In this document: positions 43,024 through 51,274 of the stretch, one piece after another
Numbering within the stretch: position 1 is the first letter of the stretch
How the letters are laid out: each line of letters begins with the position of its first letter
IMG/VR virus record: IMGVR_UViG_3300045988_107529
Location: 16,779 to 80,778 of that record
Strand: one strand, 5' to 3'
From: a virus
DNA length: 64,000 bases
The notes under the pieces: generated by a model
What the model was told of the DNA's origin: nothing
Seen by the model: the letters and a program-made list of their open reading frames with translations, nothing else
The model's database searches: none
Program-made: the position numbers and the translations under genes

Positions 43024-43392
43024 ATGGCAAAGAGTTTTAATTATCGGAAGTATTACAAAGAATACTATGGAATTGAGTTTGACAGCAGTTATGTAATTCA
43101 CCATATAGACTTTGATAGAAGCAATAATGACATAAATAACTTGCTGCTGCTTCCAGGAAAACTGCATAGCAGATATCATTTTTTACTAAATGGATTTGAT
43201 CTCGGAAAAGAACAAAAGAAAGGAACTGTAAGCCTAGATTTCAAAATCGTTTCTGAATGCGGGCATATTCCTATGTTTGGAATTAATATGATGAAAAATC
43301 TTTGCGAAACAATGGAAGAGATTGATAAATGGGTAAGAATAAAATCCGACATGGATAGGGCAAAATACAATAAAGAAGTATATGGTATTTAA
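43024..43392 (+). CDS. HNH-like endonuclease
   Basis: YVIHHIDFDRSNNDINNLLLLPGKLHSRYH. Confidence 0.55.
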   Translation: MAKSFNYRKYYKEYYGIEFDSSYVIHHIDFDRSNNDINNLLLLPGKLHSRYHFLLNGFDLGKEQKKGTVSLDFKIVSECGHIPMFGINMMKNLCETMEEIDKWVRIKSDMDRAKYNKEVYGI

Positions 43393-43504
43393 TAATTGGT
43401 AAAATCAGTGGGCTAGGGTAGCTCCCGAAAGTCTCACCTCCGAGAGATTGCCTACTGTTTTTATATTATCGGAGAAGTTTTTAGATATACGGAGGTTATC
43501 TAGC

Positions 43505-44581
43505 ATGAGAAAAGAACAGTTTGTTTCCGAAAGAAGAGAAAGAGATTTCACGGGGGTATTTATACCGTCAAAATTATATCTTACAAATAAATTCAGCCCA
43601 AGAGAAAAATTTTTATTAGTGGAAATACATAGTCTTCGCAAAAGAGATAAAAGCGGTGATTGTTTTGCGAGCAATCGGCATTTTGCTGATTTTATTGGTG
43701 TGTCCGAACGTACTATTCAGTCAATGCTAAATGGGTTAAAACAGAATGGTTATATAACTTCATGGTATGAATATGAAAAAGATAATCCAAAAGTAATAAA
43801 GCATAGACACCTTATTCTCACAGAAAAATTTTATGAAGAATTTATAAATGAGCATGAGCAAAAAGATCAGCCCGAACGTGGTGAGAAAAAACGCATGGGG
43901 GATGGTGAGAAAAACTGCACCTTCCGTGGTGAGGAAAACTGCGTGGATAAGTATAACAGTGAAATAAGTATAACAGATATAGATAAGAAAACAGAACCAG
44001 ACTTTATTGATAATAAAGAAAAAAAGACTTTATCTTATACAGATAAAGATAATCAGACTTCTGCTCCTAATAATTATAATAAATTAAATATATATAATAT
44101 ACCTCCTAGAACCAAGGAGCAGAAAGCCAACCGCTATAATTCAAGGAACCAATCATCTATCTTAGATTATAAAGACGAAGATGTTGAGAAATTGGTAACT
44201 GAAATATACGAAAGCATTTACGGAACAAAAGAGAATATTTTTGAAGACCATGACATTTGCTTATCTATATTCTTGATTACAGAGTTTTTCAAGAAATATC
44301 AAAAATACCGTGAAAAGAAACATCCGATGGTTACGCCAAACCAAGCCGAAAATATTCTGAAAATGGTACGCAATCCAGACACAGATATGGCAAAAGATGA
44401 TTTGGTTGACGATAAAGAGGAACCACTGTTCTATCTTGACATGATGGAGGAACATTTTAAGACAAAGTGGGGAAAAAGAAATGGCGGAGATTTTGATTAT
44501 AGAATCATGTTATTTTTTAAGGACACCACACAAAATATGCTATATCAAAGAGTGAAACAAAAAAGGGAGGACACACTATGA
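43505..44581 (+). CDS. winged-helix/HTH protein, replication-initiator-like N-terminus
   Basis: FSPREKFLLVEIHSL...CFASNRHFADFIGVSERTIQSMLNGLKQNGYI, then a long low-complexity K/N/D-rich region. Confidence 0.45.
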   Translation: MRKEQFVSERRERDFTGVFIPSKLYLTNKFSPREKFLLVEIHSLRKRDKSGDCFASNRHFADFIGVSERTIQSMLNGLKQNGYITSWYEYEKDNPKVIKHRHLILTEKFYEEFINEHEQKDQPERGEKKRMGDGEKNCTFRGEENCVDKYNSEISITDIDKKTEPDFIDNKEKKTLSYTDKDNQTSAPNNYNKLNIYNIPPRTKEQKANRYNSRNQSSILDYKDEDVEKLVTEIYESIYGTKENIFEDHDICLSIFLITEFFKKYQKYREKKHPMVTPNQAENILKMVRNPDTDMAKDDLVDDKEEPLFYLDMMEEHFKTKWGKRNGGDFDYRIMLFFKDTTQNMLYQRVKQKREDTL

Positions 44582-45210
44582 AAAGAATCAAAGCACTACT
44601 GGCAACTATTATCTGTATCTGCACTATCACATGGCTAACAGGCTGTGCAGCGAATGACGATTACATGAATGACGTGAAAGGAAATCTTTCTGGAAACAGC
44701 TACACAATCTATACCTACGATAACTACGGCAAAAAGGTTATGACCACCACTGGGGACAAGATTAATATTTCCGGGAATAAAACGAAATCTAAGGGCTACG
44801 ATAGCGAGGGTAACGAAACAACCAGCTATGATGTATCTTCCGTCATTACAATTCTGATAGACGGTAAAGAAATTGAAAGTTGTGGTGATACTTGTATTTT
44901 TGAGCAAAAAGGATTGAAGCCGGAGGTTGATTTTACCCAGGAAGATATTACCAGCCATTCAACCGGGAAGATTTCAGAGAATGCATACATAGCCGGGATT
45001 GTGAATTATTATAAAAATTATTTTGGGAAATCTAGGGTTGTAGTAATTAAATCCCAACTTGGACAACCAATAGCCGCATATTCTGGTGACGAGGTGTTCT
45101 GGAAAATCCCGGACGATCTACCTAAAATGACAAAGTTAATGATTGACGGAAAAGCTCTTTATATCCACAGGGCAAATTTCCAGATTATTGATAAAGAATT
45201 ACTGAGATAA
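44578..45210 (+). CDS. lipoprotein
   Basis: MKRIKALLATIICICTITWLTGC is a signal peptide with an LTGC lipobox. Confidence 0.7.
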   Translation: MKRIKALLATIICICTITWLTGCAANDDYMNDVKGNLSGNSYTIYTYDNYGKKVMTTTGDKINISGNKTKSKGYDSEGNETTSYDVSSVITILIDGKEIESCGDTCIFEQKGLKPEVDFTQEDITSHSTGKISENAYIAGIVNYYKNYFGKSRVVVIKSQLGQPIAAYSGDEVFWKIPDDLPKMTKLMIDGKALYIHRANFQIIDKELLR

Positions 45211-45317
45211 AATAATCAAATCCGTTTCAAAATCTCTCACCAGATAAAATATAGGAATAAGCCAAGAAAATTGAAATTTGAACAAAGAAATTAATTAATT
45301 GTGGAGAATTAAAACAT

Positions 45318-45650
45318 ATGAGTCAAATAGGAACAGAACTTCCGACAGAATATTCAGACCGTTTCGATGAATTACGCCAGAATAGGGTTGAGGTAAGTTT
45401 TTACAAATATGGTACAGCAAAGGATAACTTCGGGGAGAAGTTGGTAAACGCCTTGGAATCCCACGATATGTGCATCAAAAAGTATCGTGAGACAGGAAAC
45501 ACAGAATATCTTTGCGATGCAGCTAATTATTTGATGTTTGAGTTTATGTATCCTCAAATTCCGGGTGCATACTTCAAGACAACAGACAGCGGAGAAAGTG
45601 CCGGAGTTGCCGGAACACCGATTAATCAGCTGAAAGAGAAGTGGTATTAA
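45318..45650 (+). CDS. hypothetical protein
   Basis: 110-aa ORF, family not recognised. Confidence 0.45.
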   Translation: MSQIGTELPTEYSDRFDELRQNRVEVSFYKYGTAKDNFGEKLVNALESHDMCIKKYRETGNTEYLCDAANYLMFEFMYPQIPGAYFKTTDSGESAGVAGTPINQLKEKWY

Positions 45651-45673
45651 CGAAAAGGAGATATGAAAACATA

Positions 45674-45961
45674 ATGAACAGACCATTATTTGAGCCAGGA
45701 GACATTGTACAGCACTTTAAGAGAGAAACCATCAAGGAGCCACGCAACAACGAGTATTTGTATAAGTTTATCGGATATGCCAGACATACAGAAACAGGGG
45801 AAGATTTGGTAGTATACAGAGCTTTGTATGGCGGTAAGGAACTATTTGCCAGGCCAACAAAGATGTTTTATAGCAAGGTAGATTGGAACAAATACCCAGA
45901 AATAAAGCAAGAGCATAGGTTCGAGAAATATCATGGGGTTCTTTACGCTGATGGACTTTAA
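45674..45961 (+). CDS. DUF1653-family protein
   Basis: FEPGDIVQHFKRE...YLYKFIGYARHTETGEDLVVYRALYGGKELFARPTKMF matches DUF1653 as recalled. Confidence 0.6.
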   Translation: MNRPLFEPGDIVQHFKRETIKEPRNNEYLYKFIGYARHTETGEDLVVYRALYGGKELFARPTKMFYSKVDWNKYPEIKQEHRFEKYHGVLYADGL

Positions 45962-46166
45962 ACAGACTTACTTTTCCATCTGGCAAGATATATGGAATCT
46001 CCACAAGAAGTATGCTTTTATCTCAAAAGACGATATTCCACAGTGGGAAAATCTCACCATGGAAGCAAAGCAGATTCACGATAAATACACTGATTCGGTT
46101 GGTGCGAAATTTGCCGAAGCTCTTTTGTTTGCCGTAACTGCGGAAATTGATAGAAAAGCGAAATAG
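45933..46166 (+). CDS. hypothetical protein (start uncertain)
   Basis: 77-aa ORF. MDFKQTYF at 45951 is an alternative start. Confidence 0.4.
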   Translation: MGFFTLMDFKQTYFSIWQDIWNLHKKYAFISKDDIPQWENLTMEAKQIHDKYTDSVGAKFAEALLFAVTAEIDRKAK

Positions 46167-46229
46167 GACTTCCAGAATACGTCCCAAGGTGGTAAAATAT
46201 GGGTATCAAATATTGGGAGGTACGTATGT

Positions 46230-48125
46230 ATGAAGAAAGCGAAAAAGTTACTATCAGTTTTGGCAGTCATGCTATTGATTGTCTGTATGGCAGTTCCAGT
46301 ATCGGCAGAAAAATATTACAATACTGGCTATACTCAATATGGCGATTTTGTAGTCGGGAATGGAAGCCTACAGGAATTTAGCGGAAGAACAGTTGATGGA
46401 AACCTGTACGTTGTAAATGGTGGTTCTTATACGTTTTATGGAACCCTTACCGTAAATGGCAACATATATGTTTTTGGAGATTTCTACAACCATGGAACTA
46501 TTAATGTTAGCGGAACTCTGTTTTGCTTAAATTATTACTACGGAGGAATACTTTTAAACTCTGCAACAAAAACAGAGAATGGTGTTACAACAGGATTTTC
46601 TTACGGAAATTTCTGGAATAACGGAAAAATTAATGGAAATTTAAAAGTTGATGCGCAAATAAATAATATTGAACCACCAGCGGTTCACGTTCATACACCT
46701 GGCGCAGAGCCTACTTGCACACAAGACCAAGTTTGTACGACTTGCGGAGCTGTCCTAAAGAAAGCAACAGGGCACACCCCAGGAGCATATGCGACATGTA
46801 CAATGCCACAGAAATGTACTAAGTGTGGAATTATACTAAGAAACGCCAAAGGACATGTACCTGGCGCAGAAGCCACTTGCACAAAAGAACAGACCTGTAC
46901 GGTTTGTGGTGCAGTATTGTCAAGCAAGACACCACATACACCAGGCCCAAAGGCAACATGTGTTGATGACCAAATTTGCGTAGAATGTGGTGCAGTGATT
47001 AAAAATGCATTAGGTCACAGCCCTGGTAAACCTGCAACATGTACTGAATCACAATATTGTACAAGGTGCGGAAAAGTTCTTGCAGAACCAACAGGTCATA
47101 ATTGGTCTGAATGGAAAGAAGAGAAAGCAGCCACATATTATAGTTCATCTGAAATTGTTAGAAGATGTTCTAAATGTGGAGAAAAGGAAATGAGGTATGG
47201 TGACGCTGTTCGCCCGACCGGAAAAGCAAATTACAAAAATGTAATTCTACAAAAAGGTAAATCAACTACAGCTGTTAAAATTACTGGCATGGTGAACGGT
47301 GATTATTTAAAATCCGTTGTGCCAAAGAATAAAAAACTTGCAAAAGTTACCGCCGTGAATAAGAACGGAAGTTTTAAAATAAAAGCATTAAAGAAAACTG
47401 GAAAAACTATCATTACAGCAACTTTAGAAAGTGGCGTTACTGTGGACATTAGCTTAACTGTACAGAGTAAGGCTGTCAAAACAAAGAAACTGTCCGTGAA
47501 TAAAACAACAGTCAATCTTACAAAGGGTGGAACGTTTACCATTAAGGCAAACAAGACACCATTTAACTCAAAAGACACTGTTAAGTTTTCTTCCTCTAAT
47601 AAGAAAGTGGCAACAGTAAGCAAAAAAGGAAAAATTGTTGCAAAGAAGAACGGAACAGCCTATATAACCGTAAAATCTGGAAATGTCAGCAAAAAAGTTA
47701 AAGTTGTGGTTAAGAACAAAAAGGCAACCAAAAATCCAACATCTACGGTATACGAGACTGACCGTTGCAAGGTAAGATATGTTTCTGGTGAGATTTTTGA
47801 CTATTACGGAACATATTATTTTGAACCTAAATTTGAAGTAACCAACAAAGCAACTGTTTATTTTCACCCAAGCGGCGAATTTGAAGTTAAAGCATATCAA
47901 GATGCGCAAGAAATATATTTGAACGATTCTTGGGATGATTCAGAAAATAGTCCCAGAAGTGATGTTCCAGAAAAAAGCACGAAGAACATAGTGTATCGTA
48001 TTTGTTTAAACGATACTAAAAGCCCAGTAACTATTAAGATTAGTCAAAATTTTTATTGGGGAGCACCAACAACTACATTTACAATTCCGATAAAGGGAAT
48101 GAAAATTGTAGAGGGCGAAGATTGA
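46230..48125 (+). CDS. secreted surface protein: beta-helix-like N-region, 5.5 Cys-repeat units, two Big_2-like domains
   Basis: Signal peptide MKKAKKLLSVLAVMLLIVCMAVPVSA. Repeats of H(T/V)PG..ATCT..Q.C..CG..L. The segments KLAKVTAVNKNGSFKIKALKKTGKTIITA and KKVATVSKKGKIVAKKNGTAYITVKSG look Big_2-like. Confidence 0.7.
   Translation: MKKAKKLLSVLAVMLLIVCMAVPVSAEKYYNTGYTQYGDFVVGNGSLQEFSGRTVDGNLYVVNGGSYTFYGTLTVNGNIYVFGDFYNHGTINVSGTLFCLNYYYGGILLNSATKTENGVTTGFSYGNFWNNGKINGNLKVDAQINNIEPPAVHVHTPGAEPTCTQDQVCTTCGAVLKKATGHTPGAYATCTMPQKCTKCGIILRNAKGHVPGAEATCTKEQTCTVCGAVLSSKTPHTPGPKATCVDDQICVECGAVIKNALGHSPGKPATCTESQYCTRCGKVLAEPTGHNWSEWKEEKAATYYSSSEIVRRCSKCGEKEMRYGDAVRPTGKANYKNVILQKGKSTTAVKITGMVNGDYLKSVVPKNKKLAKVTAVNKNGSFKIKALKKTGKTIITATLESGVTVDISLTVQSKAVKTKKLSVNKTTVNLTKGGTFTIKANKTPFNSKDTVKFSSSNKKVATVSKKGKIVAKKNGTAYITVKSGNVSKKVKVVVKNKKATKNPTSTVYETDRCKVRYVSGEIFDYYGTYYFEPKFEVTNKATVYFHPSGEFEVKAYQDAQEIYLNDSWDDSENSPRSDVPEKSTKNIVYRICLNDTKSPVTIKISQNFYWGAPTTTFTIPIKGMKIVEGED
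46685..47100 (+). repeat. in-frame tandem repeat, 81-bp unit, about 5 copies
   Basis: The distance from the His codon at 46692 to the next at 46773 is 81 bp. The peptide units are 27 aa, each with a C..C..C pattern. Confidence 0.75.
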
Positions 48126-48161
48126 TAAAACGATTAGGGCTAGGGAGAAATCCCTAGCCTT

Positions 48162-48893
48162 TTATAATCCGTTGGTGGAACCATTTCCATAAATTTCAGT
48201 TTCACCATCCATTTGCATTTGAGATAATGTATCATCGGCAGTTTTTAATAATTCATCTCCTTTTTGCCAGACATAAGAAATATATATATTGTTAGTTTCT
48301 AAATCATCATCATAATCTGACAAATCGGATGCCCGAAGAACTAAAGCAGTATTGTTAGCGCCATACCACCATGTATAAGTATTTTTTATTCCCCATTGAG
48401 TAGTATCGCTCTCTGTTTTATCAGGATCACCATAGACAGATGAAAGTTTTTCAAATAAATCAGAATACATAGAGTCTATATCTTGCGGTTCAAATTCATA
48501 TTGCGCACCATATAACAAAGTGTTACTATCATCAAAATCTATTTTATTTTCATTAATGTTATAAGAATAGTAAAAATTCAAGTAAGGAGTAGAATATCCA
48601 GCTACATCTACATCTGCTATATCTAATGGCTGAGCATAAAGGCAGATTTTACCATCATAAACATTGGAATCGTCAGACGAACCAGTTAATATTTCTTTTG
48701 TACTCATTGCATTTATCCCATCTAATTGTATGCCATAAAGACACTGATCTGGAAACAAATCCTTTGTATCTGAGAAAGAAGTTCCCCATGGAATATCCCT
48801 AAAAAGAATTTCTTTATCTGTTTTAGCGAACACAGGCGTAACACTTGAAAAAATGGATGTTAAAGCCAAAATCATAACAAATTTTCTTTTCAT
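48162..48893 (-). CDS. secreted protein
   Basis: Signal peptide MKRKFVMILALTSIFSSVTPVFA. It is the only minus-strand gene in this island. Confidence 0.65.
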   Translation of the reverse strand: MKRKFVMILALTSIFSSVTPVFAKTDKEILFRDIPWGTSFSDTKDLFPDQCLYGIQLDGINAMSTKEILTGSSDDSNVYDGKICLYAQPLDIADVDVAGYSTPYLNFYYSYNINENKIDFDDSNTLLYGAQYEFEPQDIDSMYSDLFEKLSSVYGDPDKTESDTTQWGIKNTYTWWYGANNTALVLRASDLSDYDDDLETNNIYISYVWQKGDELLKTADDTLSQMQMDGETEIYGNGSTNGL

Positions 48894-48983
48894 GTAAAAT
48901 CCCCCTCTTTAGTATGATATACCTATTTTACCACTCCAAAACGGATAGTGGAATAGGAAATTTGAAAAAAATGAAAATAATAC

Positions 48984-49028
48984 TTGACAGGATTGTTGCT
49001 ACACACTATAATAGGATTGTAGCAACAA
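48984..49028 (+). promoter_or_regulatory. perfect consensus promoter with an 11-bp inverted-repeat operator straddling the -10
   Basis: TTGACA-17 nt-TATAAT (48984-49012). TTGTTGCTACA (48993-49003) and TGTAGCAACAA (49018-49028) form the inverted repeat. Confidence 0.7.
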
Positions 49029-49047
49029 AGAAAGAGAGGTGATATAA

Positions 49048-49239
49048 ATGGCTGCTATGAAAATCGGAACAAAATTAACTGACAATCCAAAAGACTATAT
49101 GTTAAGGACAAGATTAGACAAGAAAACTCTTCAAAAACTGGATGCTGTTGCACTTGAAAAGGCTACTACAAGGTCTGAAATTGTGAGAATTGGGATTGAA
49201 ATGCAGTATGATAAAATGTTCCAGAGTGATAAAAAATAA
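49048..49239 (+). CDS. ribbon-helix-helix (CopG-like) regulator
   Basis: YMLRTRLDKKTLQKLDAVALEKATTRSEIVRIGIEMQY. Confidence 0.55.
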   Translation: MAAMKIGTKLTDNPKDYMLRTRLDKKTLQKLDAVALEKATTRSEIVRIGIEMQYDKMFQSDKK

Positions 49240-49373
49240 GAGATTCCCGACCGACCAAAGTTAAGAATCTCTTAAATGATTCTGCCACCAAATAGGAGGC
49301 TATACAAATTATAACACTGTATGCCTCCTGTTTGCAAATAAAAAATCAAAATTTCACAGGAGGTTTTTAATAT

Positions 49374-50135
49374 ATGAACGAAATCACAATTAACACAGCA
49401 AACCAGACACCTATTGAGATTGCGCTTGGAATTGATGAAGAGGGCATGACTACTGCAAGAAAACTATATTCATTTTTAGAACTTGCACAAGGACAGTTTT
49501 CAAGATGGTGCAAAAGAAATATTATTGAAAATGATTTTGCAATGGAGAATGAAGATTATGTGCGACTCGACATCAATGTCGAGACACCGACAGGTGGCGT
49601 TATTCAAAGAGAAGATTATAAACTCTCTGCCAGCTTTGCAAAGAAACTTTCCATGCAATCAAAGAGTGTCAAAGGTGAGCAAGCCAGACAATATTTTCTC
49701 AAAGTAGAGGACAAATTAAAAGAAACAGTTCGCCACCCAGTACCAATGACCATCCCCGAACAGATTCAGCTTCTAGCACAGGGAAACGTAGAACTGAATA
49801 AGCGGATTGACGATATCCAGACAGAGTTTGAGACTTTGAAAATGGATTTGCCGATTCTCCCGATTGAAGCGGAGAAAATCACGGAAGCAGTAAAGAGAAA
49901 AGGAACGCTGGTGCTTGGCGGTAAGGAATCCAATGCTTACAATAGCCGTTCCATTCGTCAGAAAATTTACAGTAACATTCATTCCAATCTGCGCTACCAG
50001 TTCCAGGTAAAAAGCTACAAGGCAATTAAGAGAAGCCAAGTAGAACAGGCAGTCAAGATTATTGGAGAATACAAACCGCCAGTTTTCTTGAAGAATGAGA
50101 TTGATACAGAAAACGCACAGCAGAGATTCTTTTAA
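49374..50135 (+). CDS. phage antirepressor (AntA/AntB N-domain plus ORF6C-like C-domain)
   Basis: TTARKLYSFLELAQGQFSRWCKRNIIENDF.ENEDY...LSASFAKKLSMQSKSVKGEQARQYFLKVE. Confidence 0.65.
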   Translation: MNEITINTANQTPIEIALGIDEEGMTTARKLYSFLELAQGQFSRWCKRNIIENDFAMENEDYVRLDINVETPTGGVIQREDYKLSASFAKKLSMQSKSVKGEQARQYFLKVEDKLKETVRHPVPMTIPEQIQLLAQGNVELNKRIDDIQTEFETLKMDLPILPIEAEKITEAVKRKGTLVLGGKESNAYNSRSIRQKIYSNIHSNLRYQFQVKSYKAIKRSQVEQAVKIIGEYKPPVFLKNEIDTENAQQRFF

Positions 50136-50171
50136 TTAGATTTTTACAGGGATACACAGGAGGAAAATAAA

Positions 50172-50354
50172 ATGACAAAGGCTGAATTACAGAAAACAAT
50201 CGACGAACTGAACGCAGATAACAACGAGTGCTTAGTGCTTCTGGACGAGTATATGTACAGACAGAGAATCATTGAAAATCTTATCAATTTGAAAGACCTG
50301 TCAAAATTAAAGGGAATGTATCTCTTTACCAAACAGTTAATCGGGAAAGCGTGA
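50172..50354 (+). CDS. hypothetical coiled-coil protein
   Basis: 60-aa ORF with AGGAGG RBS. Confidence 0.45.
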   Translation: MTKAELQKTIDELNADNNECLVLLDEYMYRQRIIENLINLKDLSKLKGMYLFTKQLIGKA

Positions 50355-50358
50355 TCGT

Positions 50359-50655
50359 ATGGCAAGCAGAATCCAGTTCAATGACTTTCAGAAGAAGAGC
50401 GTGTACGCCAAGTGCAACGGAAAATGTGCAATATGCGGTAAACCTGTCAAATTCAAGAAAATGACAATCGACCACATTACGCCGTTGTCCCGGGGCGGCA
50501 CCAATGATATTAAGAATCTGCAACTGGCTTGTAAGCGTTGCAATAGCATGAAGAGCAACATGACAATGGATGATATGATGGGGCAGATTTCCGAGATTTT
50601 GAAGTATAACCGCAAACAGAAGTTGATTAGAGTGTTGGGAGGAATTGTAGAATGA
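50359..50655 (+). CDS. HNH endonuclease
   Basis: CAICGKPV...TIDHITPLSRGGTNDIKNLQLACKRCNSMKSN. Confidence 0.85.
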   Translation: MASRIQFNDFQKKSVYAKCNGKCAICGKPVKFKKMTIDHITPLSRGGTNDIKNLQLACKRCNSMKSNMTMDDMMGQISEILKYNRKQKLIRVLGGIVE

Positions 50656-50777
50656 TTGACTATAAAGAAGAAATCAAGAAACTTTTGGAAAAAGTAGATG
50701 ATTATTATGATCTCAAAAGAACATATAAGTTGCTCGAATATCTGTACTTAGAGGAAGTTTTAAAAACAGTGAAATGA
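50652..50777 (+). CDS. 41-aa protein (not in ORF track)
   Basis: MIDYKEEIKKLLEKVDDYYDLKRTYKLLEYLYLEEVLKTVK. It is a paralogue-like match to the ORF at 59923..60033 (DYKKEIIEMLENI...). Its stop overlaps box C. Confidence 0.45.
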   Translation: MIDYKEEIKKLLEKVDDYYDLKRTYKLLEYLYLEEVLKTVK

Positions 50778-50800
50778 TACCAAAGTATACTGAATGATAC
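50776..50800 (+). promoter_or_regulatory. conserved 25-nt box, copy C
   Basis: GATACCAAAGTATACTGAATGATAC, then TGTTATACT (extended -10, 50811-50819), then a terminator. Confidence 0.6.
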
Positions 50801-50845
50801 TTTCACCGTATGTTATACTATAAAATCATAATAAGCAATTTTTAA

Positions 50846-50876
50846 AGCGTTTACCTTTCGGGGTAGGCGCTTTTTT
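50846..50876 (+). terminator. intrinsic terminator after box C
   Basis: GCGTTTACC-tttcg-GGGTAGGCGC followed by TTTTTT. Confidence 0.7.
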
Positions 50877-50905
50877 CGTGTGTAAAAATACATGAGGGTT
50901 AGCAT

Positions 50906-51271
50906 ATGGCAGAAGTATTTCTTAAAGTGGATGGGGTAGCATTGCCCTGTCCTTCTTCTTTTACTTGGGGGTTACAGGATATATCGGCGGCAGAATCTGG
51001 CAGAACAGACGATACGACCATGCATAAAAACAGAGTTGGACAGAAACGAAAGCTGTCTGTAGGTTGGAATGGCCCAGACTGGGACACTGCTTGCAAAATT
51101 ATACAGGCAGTAAATCCAGAGTACATACAGGTCACATATCCAGACCTGTTATCCGCAAATAAGCACGAAACCAGAACATTTTATGTTGGGGACAGGGAAT
51201 CCCCTTTTAAGTGCTGGTGGGTTGGAAATGAGCGCATGGAAGGACTTAGTTTTGACTTTATCGAGAGGTAA
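50906..51271 (+). CDS. small tail protein in the distal-tail (Dit) position
   Basis: 121 aa, immediately upstream of and coupled to the giant tail protein. Called by position only. Confidence 0.45.
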   Translation: MAEVFLKVDGVALPCPSSFTWGLQDISAAESGRTDDTTMHKNRVGQKRKLSVGWNGPDWDTACKIIQAVNPEYIQVTYPDLLSANKHETRTFYVGDRESPFKCWWVGNERMEGLSFDFIER

Positions 51272-51274
51272 AAT

